A stretch of 42,387 nt of DNA from Clostridiales bacterium UBA4696 (lineage in GTDB: Bacteria; Bacillota; Clostridia; Oscillospirales; Oscillospiraceae), in NCBI GenBank assembly GCA_002404795.1, contig DHKK01000074.1:1-42387 (forward strand), read 5' to 3'. Shown piece by piece: positions 25,259 to 34,700 of the stretch. A model generated the notes under the pieces. That model saw nothing but the letters and a program-made list of their open reading frames with translations, was not told where the DNA came from and searched no databases. How positions within the stretch are numbered: position 1 is the stretch's first letter; each line of letters starts with the position of its first letter. The translations under genes were made by a program, and so were the position numbers.

Positions 25259-25444
25259 ATGCTCGATCTATTCCCGAAGCAGATCAGCCCGGACGAGACA
25301 GCTATCAACACCAAGCTTGGCCGCACCACCGCCGTCACCGAGGACGACACGAATTATACCTCGTACATGGCCCGCGGCCAATCCCTGAATTCCGCTGAGA
25401 CCACGCCCACGAAGAACGGCCAGATCGCCTGGCAGTACGAATGA
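25259..25444 (+). CDS. 61-aa fibre-tip module, paralogous to the C-terminus of 36210-37193
   Basis: AAGGAGG RBS; 34 of 46 aa identical, ending IAWQYE. Confidence 0.8.
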   Translation: MLDLFPKQISPDETAINTKLGRTTAVTEDDTNYTSYMARGQSLNSAETTPTKNGQIAWQYE

Positions 25445-25453
25445 GGTGAAAAC

Positions 25454-26206
25454 ATGGCACACAAGACGCTCATTGACGGCACGGCATATGCCGTGAAAGG
25501 TGGCCGGGATCTGATTGCAGGAACCGGTTATGCTAAGAAGCAGGGGAAGACGCTGATAGATGGAACGGAACATGCCATTTCGTTTGGCATACCCCTGAAC
25601 ACCATCACCCCCGGCGCGATCCTGTACCTGAACGAATCCGGCAGCCCCGTGCCGTTTTATATCGCCAAGCACGACTACGAGAGCGGGCTTAACGGGGCTG
25701 GGCGGACGCTGGTGGTAAGGAAGGATTGTTATGATAAGAGCAGCTTCGGCAGCATAAACAGATATGACCACAGTTATTTGGACACTTTGCTTTGCGGTGC
25801 CTATTTTGGGCTATTGGATACAAACGTCCAGAATATAATCGGATCGACAAAGTTTTATTACTCTCCGGGCAGAGGAAACTTTATGTTGTCCACACTGCAG
25901 AAACCTGTGTTTCAGCTTTCTGCTACTGAGCTTGGGAAATCTGCAAGTTGGGCAAATATTGAAGGAGAAACACTGCCGATTGCCAGCACACTACAGATTG
26001 CGTATCTAAACGGTCGTGCTGTTGAACAGTGGACACGATCTCCATACACAGCTAGTTACGACAGCTCTGTGTGTACCGTAAAAGCCGATGGCACTATTTA
26101 TGCCGAGGGTGTTTCATCCGGCTGTGGCTCCCGCCCCGCCTTCACCCTTCCTGCCACCGCTGCCGTCACCCCGAACGCCGACGGCACCTACACCCTAGCA
26201 GCATAA
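25454..26206 (+). CDS. Putative adhesin 1: triple-repeat N-terminus plus DUF6273 / C-type-lectin-like domain
   Basis: (T/D)LI(D/A)GT three times; WTRSP...GSRPAF C-terminus. Confidence 0.7.
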   Translation: MAHKTLIDGTAYAVKGGRDLIAGTGYAKKQGKTLIDGTEHAISFGIPLNTITPGAILYLNESGSPVPFYIAKHDYESGLNGAGRTLVVRKDCYDKSSFGSINRYDHSYLDTLLCGAYFGLLDTNVQNIIGSTKFYYSPGRGNFMLSTLQKPVFQLSATELGKSASWANIEGETLPIASTLQIAYLNGRAVEQWTRSPYTASYDSSVCTVKADGTIYAEGVSSGCGSRPAFTLPATAAVTPNADGTYTLAA

Positions 26207-26218
26207 AGGAGGACCCAC

Positions 26219-26644
26219 ATGGGCACACACCACATTTTGATAGACGGCACATCCTACGCCATCAAAGGCGGCACCGACCTGATTGCTGGTACAAGTTACC
26301 AAATCGGGGGGGGGCGAACTCTGGTGGATGGTACGGAGTATGAGATAGGGTTCGCAGAGCCGGTATATCATCAAGTAACCGTAACAGGAAGCCACAGCTA
26401 TTTCAAAGGGGCTGTATATAACGGGAAAACATATTTGCCGGAGAGCAGTTTTGAAGTGCTCGATGGAGAAACAGTATATGTTTCTGGTTTTGAGTCTAGT
26501 TCATCGGTTTTCTACGATGGTGAAACTGTAGCAAGATATAATCATTCGAACTATAAACTCGAATACACGTTTGCTCCGAAGGGCGATACCATAATTCGAA
26601 ATACAACAGCAGGGAATATCTACATAACGACACTCAATAGTTAG
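26219..26644 (+). CDS. Putative adhesin 2: same N-terminal repeat with an unrelated beta-rich C-terminus; contains a G9 tract
   Basis: N-terminal ~44 aa paralogous to 25454; G9 at 26306-26314. Confidence 0.65.
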   Translation: MGTHHILIDGTSYAIKGGTDLIAGTSYQIGGGRTLVDGTEYEIGFAEPVYHQVTVTGSHSYFKGAVYNGKTYLPESSFEVLDGETVYVSGFESSSSVFYDGETVARYNHSNYKLEYTFAPKGDTIIRNTTAGNIYITTLNS

Positions 26645-26653
26645 GAGGTCAAC

Positions 26654-27019
26654 ATGATCTACTTCAAAGCGAACAACACCGAATACCCGGCCAGCATTGC
26701 CGGGAAAGTCACCGACCGGGACTGGGGCGGGCGCGAGAGCAAGGCCGTCACGCTGACCATGACCCACGCTGCCGCCGCGCAGCTGTTTGTGGACGGACTG
26801 AGCTGGTCCATCGTGCAGCGCGATACCGTCCCCGTCTACGACACCGACGGCAACCCCACCGGCGCGACCGAAGAACAGGTCCAGGAATGGGACAACGCCG
26901 ACTACTGCGTCGCCGGGCCTATCACCGATAATCGGGATGGCACGGTCACGGCAAAGATGGGCAAAAAAACAGCCAGCGACGTGCTGGCGGAACTGGAGGC
27001 TACCTATGACGGAAACTAA
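26654..27019 (+). CDS. Tail-associated protein or chaperone
   Basis: AGGAGGT RBS; GPITDNRDGTVTAKMGK. Confidence 0.65.
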   Translation: MIYFKANNTEYPASIAGKVTDRDWGGRESKAVTLTMTHAAAAQLFVDGLSWSIVQRDTVPVYDTDGNPTGATEEQVQEWDNADYCVAGPITDNRDGTVTAKMGKKTASDVLAELEATYDGN

Positions 27020-27332
27020 GCTGGCGCAGATGAAAGCGGCCATTCAGGACGGCAAGCTGGTGCAGCAGGCGGGCGGCATCACCTCGACCGTCACGCAGTC
27101 GGACAAGCTGGGCTTCGACTGGAAGAATATCTATGTCAACGACATCCTCGTCCGGCAGGAGTACGTCGAGCAGGCCGTCAAGCGCGGCACGGGGGACAAT
27201 CCCATTGCGTGGGCCTCCGGCATGGCCCTCATCCAGAACGCGTACTACACCTACAACGGCGAGACGAAGGTCTGGATGGGCGAGGCGGGCGCGAAGGCCG
27301 ATTGGTCGAGCAACGATTTTGTTGCGATCTGA
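27006..27332 (+). CDS. Tail-associated protein with aromatic CBM-like C-terminus
   Basis: GGAGG RBS; DNPIAW..GM....YYTYNG. Confidence 0.6.
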   Translation: MTETKLAQMKAAIQDGKLVQQAGGITSTVTQSDKLGFDWKNIYVNDILVRQEYVEQAVKRGTGDNPIAWASGMALIQNAYYTYNGETKVWMGEAGAKADWSSNDFVAI

Positions 27333-27349
27333 GTTTGTGAGGTGAGCAC

Positions 27350-28717
27350 ATGCCAACGACCGAAGAGCTGCTGAAGCAGGTCTACAAGCAGCAGACGCAG
27401 AGCCAGCAGGGGCAGGGCGGCAATATCGCCACGACCAGCGCCGACGCCTCCGCTGCCAATCCGCCCGCCAGCACCGAGGCCCCCGCCGCCGGAGCCGGTA
27501 CGGAAAACACGCCGCAGGCCCCGGCCAACGGCGAATCCACCGCCCCCGCGGCGGACGCTGCCGGAACGGGCGACACCGGCCTCACGGGCGAGGCCAGCGG
27601 GAAATCTCTCTGGGACCGGTACCGCGACTATCTCGGTAGTCTGGGAGACTACAAGACCCCGACGGCAAACAGTCAGGAAGAACTCATCCGGAAGATGTAC
27701 GAGGCCAATCTTGCCTCGAATAAGTCCCAGCTCGAGAGCGACTACAACCAGAATCTTTCCGACCTTGGCGCGGAGGAATCGAAGCTCGGGCAGATCTACT
27801 ACGAGCAGCAGCGGCAGGCGCAGGCGGAGTCCGACCGCAACCGGCAGGCGTTTCAGGAGTACGCGAACGCGCGGGGCCTGAACTCCGGCACGGGCGGGCA
27901 GGCGGAGCTTGCGCAGAGCAATCAGCTGTCGGCGAACCTCAACGCCCTTCGCCAGTCTGAGGCGGAGAAGCGCGCGGAGGTCGAGCGGCAAAGGCAGCTG
28001 CTCGGCCAGCAGTACCAGCAGGCTATCCAGAAGGCACAGGCCGACAACGACCTGAATCTGGCAAAGGCCCTGTACGAGGAAGCGGTGCGCGTCGACGAGT
28101 CCATCACCTCCGCCGCGCAGGCCGACGCCGACCGGGCGCTGCAGATCTTCAACATGCTAAACAGTACCGCCCTTTCCGCCGCAGGCGCGTATGCCTCGAA
28201 GTCCGGCGACATGTCCCTCTACGAAAAGCTCCTCGCCGGTGACAGCACCTCGGAACTCGAAGACCTCTACAACAAAGCCCAGCAGATCGTATCCTCCGGC
28301 GGCTATTACTCCGGCGGCGGTGGCGGCAGCAGCTCCGGCACGTACAAGAAAGCCACGAGCGAGGAAACGGAGTGGGCTGAATATTATATCAAAATGCTAA
28401 ATGAAGCTGGCGGCATTGATAACCTCGGCACGTTCCTTGCGGATAAGGGCAACCGAACAAAGTACAATATTGACTATTCTGCGCGTGGAGACTGGGCGAA
28501 GACCGTTAAAGATCAAGCAAAGGGATATGGAACAGGAATCTATCAAATCGGGACGAAGGCAGGCAAGGACCTTGCTGACAGTATTGCCCCTGGCAACTCT
28601 GTATCTAACCCTAAAGATGGATCCACGTGGAGGAGATCTGCTATAAACGGAAAGCTCTATATCAGGAAGAACGGCGTAGAAGTCGAAGCCAGTTACCAAG
28701 AGGGGTACAAGGGATAA
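27350..28717 (+). CDS. Probable internal virion (ejection) protein
   Basis: Gln/Ala-rich coiled coil, ARGLNSGTGG, Gly/Ser linker; precedes the giant protein. Confidence 0.6.
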   Translation: MPTTEELLKQVYKQQTQSQQGQGGNIATTSADASAANPPASTEAPAAGAGTENTPQAPANGESTAPAADAAGTGDTGLTGEASGKSLWDRYRDYLGSLGDYKTPTANSQEELIRKMYEANLASNKSQLESDYNQNLSDLGAEESKLGQIYYEQQRQAQAESDRNRQAFQEYANARGLNSGTGGQAELAQSNQLSANLNALRQSEAEKRAEVERQRQLLGQQYQQAIQKAQADNDLNLAKALYEEAVRVDESITSAAQADADRALQIFNMLNSTALSAAGAYASKSGDMSLYEKLLAGDSTSELEDLYNKAQQIVSSGGYYSGGGGGSSSGTYKKATSEETEWAEYYIKMLNEAGGIDNLGTFLADKGNRTKYNIDYSARGDWAKTVKDQAKGYGTGIYQIGTKAGKDLADSIAPGNSVSNPKDGSTWRRSAINGKLYIRKNGVEVEASYQEGYKG

Positions 28718-28720
28718 ACA

Positions 28721-31700
28721 ATGGCAGATTATTATATTAACTCCAATAAGGGCAAAGAGCTTGCGAACAGTTTGCAAGTTGGAGCTCCTCAGGCGGCATC
28801 AGACGGGTCGATATGGATGAAGCGGAGCGACGGAAGTATCAGAGTTATCAAGAACGGTCAGGTTATGACCGGGCAGGTGGGCGTAAGCCCATCTGCCGAT
28901 TCCTCAAACTCTTCTGCTGCGGACAACGGAAATTCCGGCTCTGATGCTGCAACCAGCGAAAGCTCTTCCCGTTCGCCGCTCTATCCATCGGCTGAGTCTG
29001 TTTTCGGACAGCAGCAGGAATCTCAGGCGCAGAAACCGTCTGCGTCCGAAATAGCGAAAAACGCGACAAACGCCGTCACAGAAGGGTTGTACACCATCGG
29101 CACAGAGCTTGGGATGAGTTATGTAAACAGCCTGAAAAACGCCGGTGACACGAAGCTTCTGTCTGACGGCTATACGCTCAAGCGTGAAAATGACGGCAGC
29201 TACAGTGTCACAAAGGGTGACAGCTCGTCGAAGGTCTATATTGATAACGACGCGGTCAAGCGCGATACGCTGCTGAATGAGGCCATCCGCAGTGCGTCCG
29301 GGCAAAGCAATCCTTATACGGTTGGAACCGCAAAGGGCTATGAGCTGCTGCAGCAGGCAAAGGATACCGGTTCACCCGTATGGGCCCCGGATAATTCAGA
29401 GTGGTCTTACGACAAGGAGACCGGCGGGTTTTACACGAACCGGAACGGCGTGAGAACGCCGATCACAGCTGACAAAAACGCCATCAACCGTGAGTATGCG
29501 GCTCAGAAACAGGAAGAACAGTCTGCGCAGAAGGAAGCAACCGACAACGTTGCACCGCCGGAACAGGCCGACGGTGAGAAATATGTTATTGGTTCTGCAG
29601 AGGGCGTCTATTGGGCTGTATCTGAACATCGTCCCGGAGACCGTCTGCTTGGGCGAGATAAATCTATTTGGACGTGGAATGGATACGACGACGTTACAGT
29701 TGAGAAGAACGGTAAGACATACAAAGCCACCATCGACCGTGAGGCCGCGAAGCGAGACCCGCAGTGGGCGATCCTGACTGCGCCGCCCGCCGAAGATACC
29801 GACGACACCGGCAAGAAGGGGAAGAAAAGCAGCAAGAAATCTTCAGGTTCCTCGTCTTCCGGCGGCTCTGGTACATACACGTTCCCGGACGCTTCCACGG
29901 GCACGCAGAAGACGCCGACGACCACCTCCACCGGCACCGACCGCGCGTCTCTGCGCAAGCAGGCCGCGACGGCGCAGAAGGAGATGGGCGACCTCGCCCG
30001 GCAGATCTCCGTCGCGAAGATCCGCGGCAAGGACACGTCCGCCCTGCAGGCAAAGTACAACGAGGCCAAGGCCCGGTACGACGTGGCGAACACGCAGATC
30101 CAGGCCCCGCAGCAGCTTTCGACCTCCGGCGCGCGGCAGGAGCAGTTCAGCCAGCGGCAGACGCTGATGGAGCTGGCGACGCAGCAGGCGGCGGAGCGGA
30201 AGGACGCATGGCAGAGTCTGCCGACTGTGCGGGACTCGGAACGGTTTTCCAATATCGACAACGTGACCACAGGCCGGACGCGCAGCGCAGAACAGCAGCA
30301 GATCGCCGGAGCCGTGGAGGAACTGCAGAAGAACGCGTGGCGGAGCCTGCCCACGGTCCGGGACTCTGAGCGGTTCAACATCCCGTCGCAGACCGACGCC
30401 CTTCTGCAGCAAGCGGTCGCACAGGCCCCGAGGACGCTTTCCGGTAAGCCCTATCTGCCGGAGAACGACGGCGGTTTTTCGCACAGCAGCGGAAGCACGG
30501 AGCGACAAAACGTTCTTGAACGAATCGGGAACGCGGCGCTCGGCGGTCTGATCCAGAGTGGCGGCACGTCGATGGACGCCGCCGGGGCTATGTATCAGGC
30601 CGGGCAGGGCGGGCGGAACACGACCTATGACGAAAGCCGCGCGTGGTTCCAGGATCAGCTCGATTCGGAGCTGCGCACACTGAACTCTATGCTGCTGGAA
30701 AACCAGGATAACCCTGGTACCTATACGCAAGCGGAAATCAAAAACCAGCGCCGGATCGTCGCCGAAGCACAGGCCAGAGTCAACGCGTTCGCGCTGACGC
30801 AGGACGCGCAGGAGCAGTCCGGAGAACTGGCGCGCGACCTTGCCGCCGATGTGTCAAATGCCGGTGCCAGCCGTGTAGCGCAGTCAAAGCGCGGGGCCAG
30901 TAAGCTTGGCAGTATGGCGCTTGACGCGCTGGCGTCCGCAGCACAGAGTGGCGCGGACATGGCAACGAATGCGCTGTTGGGAACGTCCGGCAGTATGCTG
31001 CCGTTTGCGTTCCGTGCGTTCGGCGGCGGCACGCAGCAGGCGCGGAATGACGGTGCGACGCTCGGCCAGCAGCTGGCCTACGGTGGCACGATGGCGGCAA
31101 AGGAAGTCTTCACAGAGAAGATGTTCAATATCGCCGGTCTGCAAAGCAAGGCCTACGGCAAGGGTTCGTTCGACGATTATGTCGAAAAGACTGTTGCCGG
31201 GGCAGTCGATAAGCTGGCAAGCACCGACGTAGGCAAACGTCTGCTCGGCGGCGCAGCGCAGTTTATGACCAGCGCTGCGGGCGAAGGTCTGGAAGAACTG
31301 ATCGGCGACTGGATGGAGTGGCAGCTACCGCGAATTTACGACAAGGACCCGGATTCCGCGAAGGACGTAGCGGTCAACTCTCTTTATGATTTCCTCGTTG
31401 GCGCGATTTCCGGCGTTATGGGCAACCTGACCACGCCGGGGCAGTTCACGAACTACGATGTCAATGAGCATCTCGGTGGAAGTCAGGGCCAGCAAGTAAA
31501 CAGGCAGCTGACACAAGATGAACTGCTCGACGCAGCCATGCAGGCAGCGAACCGCGGTGAGACGCTTACAGGCCCGGTACAGGCCGCGAACCAGACCACC
31601 CAGCAAACGACGCAGGCCGCGCAGGAACGCGGCACAGAGGGCGTTATAACAGGCGAAGAATCGTCTGCATTGGACGAGGCCATGCGCAGCACGTTTACCG

Positions 31701-34700
31701 AGGCACTGAGCGGCATTTCTTCCGACGTTGCAACGAATAAGCCGCAGAACGTGAAAAATCTGCTCAATGCAACGAAAGAGCAGATCACAAGGTTTATTCA
31801 GAATGCGTTCAATAAGCAGAACCAATTTCAGTATCTAAAGATCTCCGACGTCTCGCCGGAGCTGGCGGAAACGCTGCGTGCGGCTGGAATCGACGTTGAC
31901 GGATACGCGCATGCCCTCCGCGACAACGATATCCGGCATGTGGAAAGCTCGCATGGCTCGCAGTCGAACGACAAGTACAAGGTCACGGCCGATATGCTTG
32001 GGGACGTCCAAAACGTCATTGACAACTATGATGTTCTGTATCGCGGGTTTGATACACGATTTGGGAACCCGACAGTCGTCTATGAAAAGCGGATGGGAAA
32101 CCGGACGTTTTACGTTGAGGAAGTTATGTCCGACGGTGTGCTCGGGACAAAGCAGATGGTGGTTACCGGCGAAAACAGTAAGCCTAGCTTCCTGAAAAAA
32201 TATACAGAAGTAGCTAGTGTTTCCGACGATACCGATGTGCCCGCTCGAAGCGGATCAACAGGCCAAAGCCCCCCCGGCAACCACGTCCCAGACGCCCCGT
32301 ATAACACTAGCTACGATTCCACTGTAGCACAATCTGGGAATTCTGTCAATCAGAATATTTCGGCAAACGATATGGGCGCGATGCGCAGCCAGTTCGAGTC
32401 TGTGCCGAAGCAGGCGCAGACGCAGAGCAATACCATCGGCAGCATGGAAGCCGACTGGAATGTGCCGGAGGCGCAGCGCACGCCTATCATGTATGACACC
32501 ATTTCCGAGGCGAAGAGCCTTGACAACGCCCGGCTGCGGCTGGCGCAGGACTACGCCGGGGAAATGGCAGAGCTGCGCGGGAAGCACAACTGGAGCGGCG
32601 AAGAGGTCGACATGGGTATGACGATCCTCGACAACTACCGCCGGGCAGCGGAGCAGACCGGCGACTGGACGGAATATTCCAACTGGCGCAAAGAGGTCTC
32701 CGCGCACGGCACGGCAGCCGGTCAGGCGCTGCAGGCGTATGCCAAGTATTCGAGGCAGACGGGCGGCGGCATCGTCGCGGACGCCTCGGCGGCGCTGGAA
32801 CGCGCGGCAAAGAAGACCAACAAAGCCGAGGTCATGAACCGCGTCAATGCGCTCGCACAGCAGTACGACGCGGCAGTCGGCACCGGGCAGGAGAACGCGA
32901 AGGTCAACGTCAACGATCTGGTCGATATCATCAAGAGTGCCAGCACGGCCCGGCAGACCGGTACGCTCATCGGCAACAAGACCCCGCCCATTGTCAACTG
33001 GGCCATGAACCGTATAGCGAATTATGCGCGCTCGGAAGCACAGACGGGCGGCGGGAAAAACCTTGATTTCCTCAAAACATTTGCTTCCAATAGTATTTAC
33101 AATATCGCTGCAGACACGCAGACAGCTTCAGCGGGCGAGAAGGTCAAAACATATCGTAGGCAGGGGATGCTCTCGAAAGTTGCGACTGTCATGCGGAACC
33201 TTGTTTCTAATAACGGTTTCGACCCGCTGGATAGCGTAGCAAGAAATATTTCTGTTCCGCTCGACATGCTGGTCTCCAAGTTCACTGGCACGCGCAGTGT
33301 TGCGGGTGATGCCTCGTGGCTTTCGAAAGCAAAACGCAAAGGCTCTGCAGATGGACTCGCAAAATCCGTTATGCAAGTTGGCCTTGACGTTGATGCATCT
33401 GGAACAATCGGAAAATATGAAAGCACGTCTAACCGTACCTTCAAAATGTCTGGCGGTGTTTTTTCCAAGCTCATGTCCACGTGGGAGGCAGTAGAAGGAT
33501 ATCTCTTAAACTCCACAGACGAATTTCAGAAAGGCGGCATTGAAGCAAGCGTTCAGCAAGGCATTGATCGGCTCTATGAAAGGGGCAAGATCAAGGACGA
33601 TTCCCTCCGAGACGCGGGCAAACAGGAAGCGCTTTACCGTACATTCCAAGATGACACAGCACTGTCAAAGGCAGTTACAGGATTCCGGAGCGGCATCAAT
33701 GAAGCGCATCTTGGCGATGTTGGAGTTGGCGACGTTGCATTAACTTTTGCACAGGTTCCCGCAAACTTAGCTTCAAGATCTATCGAGTATTCGCCTGCGG
33801 CTTCTGTTTCAGTTTTTGTTGATTTTGTGAATCTGCTTATAGACGCGAAATCCGGGAAAATGACAGCGGCGAAGCAGGCAAAAGCGGTTCAAACTGTAGG
33901 TCGCGCGTTAACGGGTACAGGGCTAATTGCGCTATCGGCTGTAGGCCATATGGCCGGGTGGCTCGTTGTTTCTGGTGACGATGACGATAAAAATAAGAGC
34001 GCGCTGGATAAACTTCTTGGACTAAATGGAACACAGCTAAACGTAAATGCGTTGCTTCGCCATATTCGCGGTGAAAGTACAGAATTCCAAGAAGGGGATA
34101 TACTGATCTCTATCGGCTTCATGGATCCGCTAAACGCACTGTTTACAACGGGCGTGCTGGTTGCGGAAGACTATAAAGAGGCACACGCACAAGGGAAAAA
34201 ACTGACATTTGGACAAGCCGTTGGCGATTCTTTCCTCGGAGCATATCAGGCAGTTATGGAAATGCCGCTGATATCCGATTTTCGGGATATTGCGCAAAAC
34301 TATCAGTATAGCAGCGGCGAAAAATTCTATCAGAAAGCAGGCGACGCTTTACAAAAATATGCAGCTAGTCAGGTCGCCAGTTTAATCCCGAACTCGCTGC
34401 GCGGCATTGCGCAGGGCCTCGACGATACGGAGCGGAACGCCTATTCCTCGGATAACGTCTGGCAGCAGGCGGTCGACAACGCGAAAGCGTCCATTCCCGG
34501 CCTGCGGGAAACGCTTCCGGCGAAGACGGACGTCTGGGGGAATCCCATCAAGAACGAGGGCGGCGTCCGGAACTTCATGAACCGGAACATCAACCCCGGC
34601 AATATCACGACGTACAAGACCGACGAGGTCTCTACGGAGCTGGGGAAGATCAGCGAGGCGACGAACACTTCCCTGTATCCGGACCGCACGGCTCCGCGCT

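Noticed and set aside
25240..25262. Programmed frameshift or readthrough fusing the 24515 fibre to the 61-aa module
   Set aside because: The two ORFs are in the same frame, so a frameshift would not join them. Fusion would need readthrough of a TAA stop, for which I see no signal, and the small ORF has its own strong AAGGAGG RBS.
26020..26150. Diversity-generating retroelement target (WTRSP...SRPAF lectin-like end)
   Set aside because: No reverse transcriptase, Avd or template-repeat copy is visible in the prophage, and the codons lack the NNC pattern typical of a variable repeat. Action in trans cannot be excluded from this window.
24515..27332. Invertase-driven shufflon for the tail adhesins
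   Set aside because: All genes are co-oriented, and I noticed no serine or second tyrosine recombinase or flanking inverted crossover sites.
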